Shown here: positions 1-9,398 of the stretch, piece by piece
Layout: each line of letters opens with the position of its first letter
How positions within the stretch are numbered: the first letter of the stretch is position 1
Origin: Elusimicrobiaceae bacterium
GTDB lineage: Bacteria > Elusimicrobiota > Elusimicrobia > Elusimicrobiales > Elusimicrobiaceae
Direction: 5' to 3'
DNA: 64,000 bases
Assembly: GCA_017528825.1 (NCBI GenBank)
Contig: JAFXOI010000031.1
Span: forward strand, 26,033 to 90,032
Position numbers and translations under genes: made by a program
The notes under the pieces: model-generated
Told to the model about the DNA's origin: nothing
The model's database searches: none
Seen by the model: only the letters and a program-made list of their open reading frames with translations

Positions 1-1
1 T

Positions 2-2578
2 GCTCAAAAGGATAAATTAATTGCCGTTTGCCAAGAACGAGCCCTTCAAGCCAACCGGCTTTCTACCGCGTTTTTAGAAAAGGGTAAAAAACCGCGGGCC
101 GTGGAAAATGCTTTGCAGCAAGCCCAGCGTCGTTTCGAACAGGCGGTGGTATGGTTGCAGAGCGGGCAATTACCTGCCGCAGAGGAAGAAACTATTTCCA
201 TAGGTTCGTCTGTTCCCAAAGGGTGGGATGTTTCTTCTATAGAGGAAGCCAAAGCCTTGTGTCGTTTTGCAGAGCAGGCAGATCCTTGTGTACAGAGCTT
301 GATTTTGAAAGTACACCGATTGTTAGAAGGCCTAGTTGCGCGCGTGAAACAACGTTATGAAGCGGAAGGTATTTTAAGTTTTGATGATTTGATTGTTAAG
401 ACGCGCAATTTACTACGGACTAATTTACTGGTACGCCGTCTGTTGCAAGAAAAATACGATGCTTTTTATATTGATGAATTCCAAGATACCGATCCGGTAC
501 AAGGAGAAATCCTATTATTTTTAGCCGAGCAAAAAGGGAACGGGGCTACTAGTTGGCAACAGGTACAGCTCCAACCCGGTAAATTATGCGTAGTGGGAGA
601 CCCGAAACAATCTATTTATCGTTTCCGTGGGGCGGATATTACGGCTTATGAATTGTTTACCGATTTGATTTTAAGACAAGGCGGGCAGAAAGCCTATTTG
701 CGTCAAAATTTCCGCAGCGAGCCGGATATTATTTCCCTAACCAATCAGGTTTGTTCTACCGTGATGAAAGAGAAACCGGCTTTTCAACCTGCGTATGAAC
801 CTATTTTTACCGCCAAGCCCTTTAAGCAACCGGCTGTAGAAATTACCTTCATCCAAGAGGGAGAAGGACAAGCGGATGATTATCGTCATAATCAAGCCCA
901 ATGGGTGGCAAGTTGGATTGAACAGCACGTAGGAAAAGATGTGCTGGCTAACGGGCAGAAACTGGTCTATAAAGATATCGCTATTTTATCGCGTGCCGGG
1001 ACTACTTTAGGCCCCTATACCGAGGCTTTACGCCGCCGCGGAATTCCTTTCCTAGTAGAAGAGGATCCGGATTTTTACACGCGCCAAGAAATTGCGGATT
1101 TGTTAAATTTGTTACGTGTACTGGAAGACCCGCAGAATAAAATTGCTTTAGCCGGAGTGATGCGTAGCCCGCTGGGAGCACTCACGGATGAAGAGTTATA
1201 CCAGGCGGCCCAACGCAAAGAGTTAGACTTTAGGGTTCCCTCTCAATTTCCAAAACTGGAACGTTTATTTGCGCAATTACGTTATTTATCTGCACAAAAA
1301 GGTCGCATGCCGCTACATCAGTTCTTACAATGGATCGTGCAAGAAACCGGTTTGCGTGAGATATGTGCCTATGCTTATGAGGGAGCTAACAGCATAGAAC
1401 ACATCATGCGTTTAGTGTCTTTGGCGCAAGGTTATGCCTTGCAAAATCCGGTCAGCTTGGGGCAATTTTTGGCGCGGGTAGATGATCTGATTACACAAGA
1501 GTTAAACCGTCTCACTTCTGCAAGCGGGGAGGCAGCCAGCCAAGCGGTCAATGTAATGAGTATCCATAAATCGAAAGGATTGGAATTTCCGGTGGTGATT
1601 TGGGTGGATTTATCCAAGCGGCAAACGCATACGGCCGCTACTCAAGATACTCATTTATATTCGTGGCGTTATAATATACACGGACTAAGAGTAGGCAAGT
1701 ACGCGGATTTGAATTTAGTTTGGTTGGAAGAAGAACAACGGGAACACAGCCGTTGTGAAGAGGTACGTGTTCTGTATGTAGCTTTAACGCGTGCGCGTGA
1801 GAAATTGGTGTTGGTGGGGAATGATTTTGGGGAAACGGGCACGGTAATGGGAGCACTGAAACAAGCCGGTATCCGTCAGGAAAATACAGAAATAAACATA
1901 CCGATACAATGCAATATCGTGCCCTATGTATCACCGGAAAATTTCATTTATCAACATCAAGTGGCAAAGTCTGCTCGGGTGGAACTTGGCGATTTGGAAA
2001 AATGGAAAGAAGCGTATAGTAAGCGGCAAGCGGCTTACGAGCAACACCAACAAAATACGAAATCTTTGTCTCCCTCTAAGCGCACGGAGCATGCGGATAT
2101 TTCCGACGCGCAAGCGATGCGGTTGGGCAGTGTGGTGCATACTGCCTTGCAACGCTTTGGGCAATATCCGCAAGAAACTGCGCAACAGCTCTTGCAGGCC
2201 ACACTTTCTGCTGCCGAGCCGGATTTATACGAACGAGCCCTTGCTGTACTAAATTCATTTTGGCAAAGTGAGGCTTTTGAGCAGTTGCGGCAATTAACCC
2301 CCTTGGGAACGGAATTGCCTTTCTCACTGGATACTGAGCATGGCGTAGTGAGCGGGATGATTGATTTTTTGGGGCAAGATAAATCGGGCACCGTGTGGGT
2401 GCTGGATTATAAAACCGATGAAGTAACCCCCGGGCAAGAGCACATCGCCGCACAAAAATACTGGCCGCAACTGGAAGTGTACCTGCAGGCGGCCCGGCGG
2501 CTCTATCCGCAAAAGACCGTAAAAGGAGCCATTGTGTTTATACGCGGTGGCGTATGGGTGGAGTACCCAGGGAAATAA
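2..2578 (+). CDS. addA: UvrD/AddA-type helicase-nuclease, 5' truncated by window edge
   Basis: Frame is open from base 2. Helicase motifs YIDEFQDT, VGDPKQSIYRFRGAD, NFRS, SIHKSKGLEF and LYVALTRARE, plus a C-terminal PD-(D/E)xK nuclease (GMIDFL...LDYKT). Confidence 0.85.
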   Translation, partial: AQKDKLIAVCQERALQANRLSTAFLEKGKKPRAVENALQQAQRRFEQAVVWLQSGQLPAAEEETISIGSSVPKGWDVSSIEEAKALCRFAEQADPCVQSLILKVHRLLEGLVARVKQRYEAEGILSFDDLIVKTRNLLRTNLLVRRLLQEKYDAFYIDEFQDTDPVQGEILLFLAEQKGNGATSWQQVQLQPGKLCVVGDPKQSIYRFRGADITAYELFTDLILRQGGQKAYLRQNFRSEPDIISLTNQVCSTVMKEKPAFQPAYEPIFTAKPFKQPAVEITFIQEGEGQADDYRHNQAQWVASWIEQHVGKDVLANGQKLVYKDIAILSRAGTTLGPYTEALRRRGIPFLVEEDPDFYTRQEIADLLNLLRVLEDPQNKIALAGVMRSPLGALTDEELYQAAQRKELDFRVPSQFPKLERLFAQLRYLSAQKGRMPLHQFLQWIVQETGLREICAYAYEGANSIEHIMRLVSLAQGYALQNPVSLGQFLARVDDLITQELNRLTSASGEAASQAVNVMSIHKSKGLEFPVVIWVDLSKRQTHTAATQDTHLYSWRYNIHGLRVGKYADLNLVWLEEEQREHSRCEEVRVLYVALTRAREKLVLVGNDFGETGTVMGALKQAGIRQENTEINIPIQCNIVPYVSPENFIYQHQVAKSARVELGDLEKWKEAYSKRQAAYEQHQQNTKSLSPSKRTEHADISDAQAMRLGSVVHTALQRFGQYPQETAQQLLQATLSAAEPDLYERALAVLNSFWQSEAFEQLRQLTPLGTELPFSLDTEHGVVSGMIDFLGQDKSGTVWVLDYKTDEVTPGQEHIAAQKYWPQLEVYLQAARRLYPQKTVKGAIVFIRGGVWVEYPGK

Positions 2579-2610
2579 TTGCTAAAATTTAAAGAGTATT
2601 AGGAGGATAT

Positions 2611-2913
2611 ATGTTTGATAAGTTAGGACAATTAAAAGATTTATGGCAGCTGAAAAATCAGATGCAGGAAATTAAAAAGAGACTGGACAATATGGTTGTC
2701 AAAGTGTCCAGCCCCAATCACGTGTTTGAAATTACCATTTCCGGCTCTCAGGAAGTCAAGGAAGTGACGGTAGATGCCACGTACAAAAATTTTTCCGAAG
2801 TTCAATTAGGCGAAGAATTGAAAACTGCCATCAATAAAGCCGTGCGTGATAGCCAAGCCTTGGCGGCGCAAGCCATGGGCGGGGCCATGGGCATGGAACT
2901 GCCGAAAGCATAA
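2611..2913 (+). CDS. ybaB: YbaB/EbfC nucleoid-associated protein
   Basis: 100 aa with N-terminal coiled coil (QMQEIKKRL), V.I.GSQEVKEV and AINKA pattern. SD aggagg upstream. Confidence 0.8.
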   Translation: MFDKLGQLKDLWQLKNQMQEIKKRLDNMVVKVSSPNHVFEITISGSQEVKEVTVDATYKNFSEVQLGEELKTAINKAVRDSQALAAQAMGGAMGMELPKA

Positions 2914-2979
2914 TATAGCAGATACCCACGCAGTAGAAAATAGTTTCGTAGCGGAGAAGGGAATTTAGCAAGGGAAGGT

Positions 2980-3894
2980 GTGACGTTGCAAATAGGATCC
3001 TTGGAAATTGACCGGATAGGATTAGGCACTTGGGCATTGGGTGGCGGAAAGGATTGGGGAGAAACTCTTGCCGATCAAGCCTATGCCACTGTGTCCGCCG
3101 CGATAGACAGAGGCATTGTTTTAATAGATACCGCCCCCGTTTACGGAGCGGGCACATCCGAAGAAATCATAGGCCGCGCGATCTCCTCTTGCCGCCAGCG
3201 TGTGGCGTTAGCCACCAAATGCGGCATTTGCTTGCGTGAGGGGCGTCCCGATCACGATTTGCGGCCCCAACGTATTTTGCAGGAATGTGAAAATTCCCTG
3301 CGGCGATTGCAGACCGATTATATTGATCTATATCAAATCCACTGGCCGGACCCGAAAGTACCGTTAACGGAAGCGGTCGGTACATTAACACGCCTACAAG
3401 AACAGGGAAAAATCCGGGCAATCGGGCTTTGTAATGTATCTGCTGAACAAGTAAAACAAGCCAGCGAAGTAGCCCCTATTACAAGCGTGCAGAGCCGGCT
3501 TTCTTTGCTGGATCAAAAGACTCTTTCTTTGGCGGCGTTTTGCCAACAACGGGGGATTTATTTTTGGGCTTATGGCGTGTTGGGGGGAGGCATTTTGACA
3601 GGTAAATATACCCAAATGCCTAACTTGCGCCGTTGTGATGCGCGGCGGTATTTTTATCCGCATTATTTTGGGGAAGGATTTCACGCGGCTATGTCCGTGA
3701 CGCAACGTGTGAAAACGGTGGCGCAACAAAGACAAGTACCCCCTAGTGCGGTAGCTTTGGCGTGGACACTGGCCCAGCCGGGCGTGAGAGGAGTGCTGGC
3801 CGGTGCCCGTACGAGTGCTCAAGTGACGGAAAATATACAGGCCTTGTCTTTACAGTTAAGTGCCCAAGAGCAGGAGTTCTTACGTGGAAAGTGA
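2980..3894 (+). CDS. Aldo/keto reductase
   Basis: IGLGTWALGG, IDTAPVYG, LATKCG, SLRRLQTDYIDLYQIHWPD, GKIRAIGLCN. Confidence 0.93.
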   Translation: MTLQIGSLEIDRIGLGTWALGGGKDWGETLADQAYATVSAAIDRGIVLIDTAPVYGAGTSEEIIGRAISSCRQRVALATKCGICLREGRPDHDLRPQRILQECENSLRRLQTDYIDLYQIHWPDPKVPLTEAVGTLTRLQEQGKIRAIGLCNVSAEQVKQASEVAPITSVQSRLSLLDQKTLSLAAFCQQRGIYFWAYGVLGGGILTGKYTQMPNLRRCDARRYFYPHYFGEGFHAAMSVTQRVKTVAQQRQVPPSAVALAWTLAQPGVRGVLAGARTSAQVTENIQALSLQLSAQEQEFLRGK

Positions 3895-5179
3895 AACACA
3901 TATTAGCGAATATTTGCAACTGATTTTACCTGCTTTAGGTGTTAATAAACAGCGGGAATTGGGGCGTTTGTTATACGAGATTAACAAACGAGATGCCTTG
4001 CCGTTGGCTGAGATATTACCTGCAGAAAAAAATTTAACTTTTGAACGCGCCAAAAACATACTATTACAAAAACGCTATCCGCTTTCCTATAAGACCGCTG
4101 CGAAAAACGCATTTTATTTGCCTAAATTGGAGTTTGACCCGGCCCAGCGGGCGGATTTGTCTGGGCGCCCTTTTTCTCCCAAGCAAATATACATAGAAGC
4201 CGCGGTGCAAGACAGCCCGTTGGCGCTTCGTGCCCGCCACATGTTTCCGCAGGCACAAGTGGAAATTTTACATGAAAAAAAGACAGTGGGCCAACCTTGC
4301 TTTTCTCGTCGTACAGAAACGCTTCTTATTCATCAGGAAAAATATGATTTCGTAAAGCCCTGTCCGTGCTCGCAAGGAAATGCGGGGTGTGGGTATAATT
4401 TGATTAATTTGGGATTTGGGTGCCGGTTTGAATGTGAATATTGTTTTTTACAGCAGTATCAAAATTTGCATGCTATTTTGTTGCCGGCCAATATAAACGA
4501 TTTTTTGGCAAAAATAGATCAAACCACTTGGCGCAAAGGACTTTTTGAACGACCGCGTATCGGTAGCGGAGAATTTACAGACTCATTAGTATTTGACGAA
4601 TTGACCCAATACACACAAGATATAGTGCCCTTTTTTCGGGCACGGCCGCATTTGCAATTTGAATTCAAAACCAAAAGCACTTGTATTGAAGGATTATTGC
4701 GGGCGGGCGGAGCTGAAAATGTGGTGGTGGGTTGGTCTGTAAATGCCCCGCAATTTATTGAAAATGTGGAACATTTAACGCCGGATTTAACCGCCCGTTT
4801 GCAGGCCGCTGCACAGGTGGCTCGTGCGGGATATCGTTTAGGTTTTCACTTTGATCCGGTGGTACCGTTTGAAGGATGGCAAACCGCCTACACCCAAGCG
4901 GCCGAGCAAATTGCCCGGTCGGTCCCGTTAGACAAGGTGGCATGGATCAGCGTGGGGATGTTGCGCTTTTCCCGCGAACTGAAAAAAGCGGTGGAAAATC
5001 GTTTCCCGGAAAATACGATTTTAGACGGTGAATTTTTATTAGATTTTGACGGAAAAATGCGTTATCCTGCCGTTTTAAGGCGAGAAGTATATGGTTATTT
5101 TGTGCCGCTTTTGCGCCGCCTTTTCCCTCACACGCAAGTCTATGTATGTATGGAAGCCCCTGAATTCTCCTTACACTAA
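3884..5179 (+). CDS. splB: Spore photoproduct lyase-family radical SAM protein
   Basis: CxxxCxxC (GCRFECEYCFLQ), GSGEFTDSL, FEFKTKS, WSVN, GFHFDP. GTG 3884 follows SD caggag; ORF track starts at 3860. Confidence 0.75.
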   Translation: MESETHISEYLQLILPALGVNKQRELGRLLYEINKRDALPLAEILPAEKNLTFERAKNILLQKRYPLSYKTAAKNAFYLPKLEFDPAQRADLSGRPFSPKQIYIEAAVQDSPLALRARHMFPQAQVEILHEKKTVGQPCFSRRTETLLIHQEKYDFVKPCPCSQGNAGCGYNLINLGFGCRFECEYCFLQQYQNLHAILLPANINDFLAKIDQTTWRKGLFERPRIGSGEFTDSLVFDELTQYTQDIVPFFRARPHLQFEFKTKSTCIEGLLRAGGAENVVVGWSVNAPQFIENVEHLTPDLTARLQAAAQVARAGYRLGFHFDPVVPFEGWQTAYTQAAEQIARSVPLDKVAWISVGMLRFSRELKKAVENRFPENTILDGEFLLDFDGKMRYPAVLRREVYGYFVPLLRRLFPHTQVYVCMEAPEFSLH

Positions 5180-5245
5180 CAAGATAACAAGTACTCTATT
5201 CTACATTTGGCATTTCCTACTTATGCTAAGAACAAATCGGCTTTA

Positions 5246-5347
5246 GAAGCGTAGTAAAAAAGAGACTGGAAACGGAGTAGTCTGTTTGATATGTATGAGC
5301 GAAAGGCGAGTTTATCAAACAGCGTTTGCAGTCTCTTTTTTTGCTTC
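5246..5347. other. Long imperfect inverted repeat (about 100 nt stem-loop), possible terminator or small RNA
   Basis: GAAGC/GCTTC, AAAAAAGAGACTG(5256-68)/CAGTCTCTTTTTT(5329-41), AAACG/CGTTT and CTGTTTGATA/TATCAAACAG stems. Confidence 0.7.
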
Positions 5348-5367
5348 TTTGCCGAGAGTCTTTTTGG

Positions 5368-5395
5368 ATACTTTTTCTTCGGAAAGAAAAAGTAT
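5368..5395. other. Perfect 12-bp hairpin upstream of pilin promoter
   Basis: ATACTTTTTCTT-cgga-AAGAAAAAGTAT. Confidence 0.7.
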
Positions 5396-5407
5396 TATAA
5401 AAAACAC

Positions 5408-5436
5408 TTGACATCGTTTTTTTTTTTTAGTATCAT
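5408..5436 (+). promoter_or_regulatory. Sigma70 promoter of pilin gene with T12 tract in spacer
   Basis: TTGACA 5408-13, 17-nt spacer containing T12 (5417-28), TATCAT 5431-36. SD AAAGGAGGT 5451-59. Confidence 0.85.
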
Positions 5437-5462
5437 TTAAAAAAATTATTAAAGGAGGTCGT

Positions 5463-5978
5463 ATGAAAAAAGGTTTTACCTTGATTGAGTTATTGGTGGT
5501 TGTTTTAATTATAGGCATTTTATCGGCCATTGCAATTCCCCAATATCAAGTATCGGTAGAAAAAACAAAAGCGGCCAATTTGCTCTCTTTGCTTGCTTCT
5601 GTCGCTCAGGCAGAAGAAGTGTATTATTTAGCGAATGGAAAATACACGGATCAAATGCACGATTTGGATGTACAAGTGGATTATGTACGTAATGAAAATA
5701 AATACGGTGGAGTAGTATATCAGCTACCAGAAGGGCATTGGTTCATGCTTGATTTTCATGCCTCTGTGGTGCGTGGGGGGACAGATTATGTACAGATAAA
5801 TCGTTACTTGAATTATTCTCCTCAAGAGAAAAAAGTAGTTTGTTATGCGTTAACAGGAACAATTGGAGAACCAGCGTGTAAAAGTTTGGGGGTTAAAAAT
5901 TGGACTGGAAGTCAAGGATGTGGAATGACTGGTACCGTTTTGGGAGAGAAAACTTGTCGGTATGGTAATATAGAGTAA
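5463..5978 (+). CDS. Type IV (PilE/PilA-like) prepilin
   Basis: Class III signal MKKG|FTLIELLVVVLIIGILSAIAIPQY and four C-terminal Cys. Confidence 0.92.
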   Translation: MKKGFTLIELLVVVLIIGILSAIAIPQYQVSVEKTKAANLLSLLASVAQAEEVYYLANGKYTDQMHDLDVQVDYVRNENKYGGVVYQLPEGHWFMLDFHASVVRGGTDYVQINRYLNYSPQEKKVVCYALTGTIGEPACKSLGVKNWTGSQGCGMTGTVLGEKTCRYGNIE

Positions 5979-6046
5979 AATGATATAAAATCGGTAGGGA
6001 GCAAAACTCCCTGTCCGAACGCGCGCATATTTAGTAGAATAGTACT

Positions 6047-6682
6047 ATGGAGTTGTTTCTCATTATACCGATTTTGTTTTTCTCCATTGTGCTACATGAA
6101 TTTGCGCATGGATATGTGGCCTACCGGATGGGTGATGATACCGCTTATCTGAGGGGTCGTTTAACGTTAAATCCGCTCAAACACATTGATTTGATCGGCA
6201 CGCTCTTGGTGCCGGCGATATGCTATGTTTCGGGTCTTCCTATGTTTGGCTGGGCCAAACCGGTGCCGGTCAATGCGCAACGTCTTCCTTTTCCGCGCCA
6301 AAGTATGGGCAAAGTGGGGCTGGCAGGTCCCACCGCTAATTTACTACTGGCGGTAGTGTTTGCTTTTTTGGCAAAACTCACTTTGGTAAGCGGCGTCCTT
6401 TCGGCACAAGGCACCGTGCAAACCGTACAGATTTTATTTTACGGCATACAAATCAACATTTTGTTGGCGGTATTTAATTTAATGCCGATTCCACCGTTAG
6501 ACGGAGGACATATTTTGGCGGCTTTGTTACCGTTGGACAAGGCATTGAAATACGCCCATTTTTTCGGCCGATACGGTATGTATATCGTGTTGGGGCTTAT
6601 TATAACGGGGATTTTTAAGTATATTATTTATCCGCCCATGTTTGTGATTGTGCGGGTGATTGGTAAAATTTTTGGACTGTGA
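6047..6682 (+). CDS. Site-2 protease (peptidase M50)
   Basis: HEFAH zinc motif, TLNPLKHID, AGPTAN, FNLMPIPPLDGG. Confidence 0.93.
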   Translation: MELFLIIPILFFSIVLHEFAHGYVAYRMGDDTAYLRGRLTLNPLKHIDLIGTLLVPAICYVSGLPMFGWAKPVPVNAQRLPFPRQSMGKVGLAGPTANLLLAVVFAFLAKLTLVSGVLSAQGTVQTVQILFYGIQINILLAVFNLMPIPPLDGGHILAALLPLDKALKYAHFFGRYGMYIVLGLIITGIFKYIIYPPMFVIVRVIGKIFGL

Positions 6683-6688
6683 GGATTT

Positions 6689-7747
6689 ATGGGACAGGAA
6701 ATTATTGTTTCGGGAATGCGTCCGACAGGGAAATTACACTTAGGTAATTTTCACGGAGCACTTAAAAACTTTGTGGCGTTGCAAGAAAAATACAACTGTT
6801 TTTTCTTCGTGGCAGATTTGCATGCTTTGACCACTTCTTACAAACAAACCGAGAATTTAGCGGCCAATAGTGAGCAAATGCTCATTGACTGGTTGTCTGC
6901 CGGAGTGGATCCGAAAAAATGCCATATTTTTATTCAATCCGATGTGCCGGAAGTCAGCGAGCTTAATACGCTACTGGGTATGATTACACCGGTGGGGTGG
7001 CTACTGCGTAACCCGACCTATAAAGACCAAGTCAATGAGTTACTAGCCCGAAAATATGCCGGTCAATTACAGGGAGACGAAAATACACCGCTGGCGGAGC
7101 GGGTAAAGGGGCTAGCAGATGAAGATATTTCGGTCTATGGATTTTTGGGCTATCCGGTCTTGATGGCTACGGACATTCTCATTCACAAAGCGGCTTTTGT
7201 GCCGGTGGGAAAAGATCAGACCGCTCATTTGGAAATTGCGCGGGATTTGGTACGGCGCTTTCATGAAATTTACGGCGTGGAGGATGTATTTATCGAGCCA
7301 AAACCACTTTATACGGCGGTGGCATCAGTGCCGGGGCTAGACGGACATAAAATGTCTAAGTCTTATAATAACACCATTGATTTGGGAGAAGATTTGGAAA
7401 GTGTGCGCAAGAAAGTAATGTCTATGTTTACCGATCCTACTAAAAAACGCGCCAATGATCCGGCTAATCCCGACAATTGTGTCGTGTATGCATTTCATAA
7501 AATTTACAATCCCAATGCCGCTAAACGTTGTGAAGAATGTAAGGCCGGCGCACTGGGATGTGTGGCCTGCAAAAAAGAACTGTTTGCGCTGATGGAGCCG
7601 CAGCTCAAAGAATTCTTAGACCGCCGGAAAATGTTTGAACAGGATAAAGGACAGCTGGCCCAGATTCTTAAACAAGGAACCGAAGCGGCTCGCGCCTCGG
7701 CGGCGGTTACGTTAAAAGAAGTGAAACGGGCCATGAAATTGAAATAG
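6689..7747 (+). CDS. trpS: Tryptophan--tRNA ligase
   Basis: SGMRPTGKLHLGN (HIGH), YPVLMATDIL, VPVGKDQ, KMSKS. Confidence 0.96.
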   Translation: MGQEIIVSGMRPTGKLHLGNFHGALKNFVALQEKYNCFFFVADLHALTTSYKQTENLAANSEQMLIDWLSAGVDPKKCHIFIQSDVPEVSELNTLLGMITPVGWLLRNPTYKDQVNELLARKYAGQLQGDENTPLAERVKGLADEDISVYGFLGYPVLMATDILIHKAAFVPVGKDQTAHLEIARDLVRRFHEIYGVEDVFIEPKPLYTAVASVPGLDGHKMSKSYNNTIDLGEDLESVRKKVMSMFTDPTKKRANDPANPDNCVVYAFHKIYNPNAAKRCEECKAGALGCVACKKELFALMEPQLKEFLDRRKMFEQDKGQLAQILKQGTEAARASAAVTLKEVKRAMKLK

Positions 7748-7750
7748 TAT

Positions 7751-8512
7751 ATGATTAGTCAAAAACCGATTAACGTTCATATCAACATTTTTGAAGGTCC
7801 TATGGACCTGCTCCTGCATCTGATTAAAAAAGATAACTTAGATGTAGCGGAGGTGAACGTATCGGAAATTACGAAGCAGTATTTGGAATATCTCAATGTG
7901 ATGAAGGAGTTGAACTTAGAAATTGCAGGCGATTTTTTGGTAATGGCCAGCACGCTTATGCAAATTAAGGCCAAGAGTTTGCTCCCTTCTCAAGTGCCCA
8001 CCGGAGAAAATGAAGGACCGGATCCGGCCAAAGAATTAATCGCTAAGTTGCTGGAGTATCAAAAATATAAAGAAGCCGGCAAATTCTTAGACGAGAAACT
8101 GGAAGAAAATAAAGATAATTTTTACAAGTCGGCACCCATCTTTGACAACGGCGAAAAGGTGCTCAATATCCAATTGTTTGATTTGTTGTCCGCGGTCAAA
8201 AGAGCTTTTGACCGTTTGGATGAACGCAAACGTATTGAACTGCTTAAAATAGAAGAGTTTCCCATTGAAAATAAGATGGAAAAAGTGGTGGGAATGCTCA
8301 AGAAAAGAAAATGGATTTTGCTAGATGATATTTTTGTAGGGGAAACGAAAAAGCGCGGTATTATTACGTGCTTTATGGCGGTGCTGGAGCTGATGAAAAT
8401 TAAGAAATTACTGGCCCGCCAAGATGAGCACGACGGTCAAATCCGTATTTATCTAAACCCCGATAATCAAGAAAAAGATTTCCGCGAACTGATGCATGGA
8501 GACGCGGCCTAA
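7751..8512 (+). CDS. scpA: Segregation/condensation protein A
   Basis: FEGPMDLLLHLIKK, DFLVMASTLMQIKAKSLLP, FMAVLELMK. Confidence 0.95.
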   Translation: MISQKPINVHINIFEGPMDLLLHLIKKDNLDVAEVNVSEITKQYLEYLNVMKELNLEIAGDFLVMASTLMQIKAKSLLPSQVPTGENEGPDPAKELIAKLLEYQKYKEAGKFLDEKLEENKDNFYKSAPIFDNGEKVLNIQLFDLLSAVKRAFDRLDERKRIELLKIEEFPIENKMEKVVGMLKKRKWILLDDIFVGETKKRGIITCFMAVLELMKIKKLLARQDEHDGQIRIYLNPDNQEKDFRELMHGDAA

Positions 8513-8522
8513 CGGAGCTTAT

Positions 8523-9398
8523 ATGTCAGAACAAGATACCCCTGAAACGGTACAAATTTCAACCCCCGCACAACCGGTTGTAAGTGTGGCAGAAAATAAT
8601 ACACAACCGGAAGAATTGTTGCAAACGGAAGAGGCGAAACAAATTATTGAAAATTTATTGTTCATTACAGACCGCCCGCTAAAACCGGCCCGTATTGCCG
8701 AAGTGGTGGAAAACGTGAACGCTAAACGCGTGCTTGAAATTATTCAACAACTTGCCAAAGAATATGAAGACACCGGCCGTTCTATCCGTATTTTGGAAAT
8801 CGGCGGGGGCTATCAAATGTGCACGAAACCCGAATACGGTCGTTGGGTGCGGCGGCTGTATAATGAAAAAATGACCACTCGTTTGTCTAATGCGGCGTTA
8901 GAGACTTTAGCGATTATTGCCTATAAACAACCGGTCACGCGCGCTGAAATGGAAATGATTCGCGGGGTAGATGTGGCCGCTCCGTTGGATAAATTATTAG
9001 AACGAGGGCTTGTGCGTGTTCTAGGCAAACGCGACACAATCGGTCGTCCTATGGTATATGGCACGACGGACGAATTTTTGCGTGTGTTTGGACTCAATAA
9101 AATTTCAGAATTGCCGGACCTGCAAGTGTTTGCCGCCAAACAACTACAGGAAAAGCAAGAAGATTTACCGTTTGATGAAAAACTGCCGCCACTGGCAGAG
9201 CCGGCTATTTTGACTGAGGAAAACACCACCGGTGATGCAGCAGATGCTTTTTTCAGACGTCCCAAAGATATGTTTGAAGATTTACCCGCTGACACAACTA
9301 CGGAACAACAAACAGAGGCAGTATCGTCAGAAACGCAATCATCTTCTCAACCGGAACCGGTAACACCCGAAACGAACAAACAGGAGGAATCCGTATGA
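8523..9398 (+). CDS. scpB: Segregation/condensation protein B with acidic tail
   Basis: LSNAALETLAIIAYKQPVTRAE, GRPMVYGTTDEFL. ATG 8523 follows SD. Confidence 0.95.
   Translation: MSEQDTPETVQISTPAQPVVSVAENNTQPEELLQTEEAKQIIENLLFITDRPLKPARIAEVVENVNAKRVLEIIQQLAKEYEDTGRSIRILEIGGGYQMCTKPEYGRWVRRLYNEKMTTRLSNAALETLAIIAYKQPVTRAEMEMIRGVDVAAPLDKLLERGLVRVLGKRDTIGRPMVYGTTDEFLRVFGLNKISELPDLQVFAAKQLQEKQEDLPFDEKLPPLAEPAILTEENTTGDAADAFFRRPKDMFEDLPADTTTEQQTEAVSSETQSSSQPEPVTPETNKQEESV

Noticed and set aside
5991-6018. Terminator after the pilin gene
   Set aside because: A hairpin is present (TCGG..GGGAG-caaaa-CTCCC..CCGA) but there is no U-tract, so it was not called.
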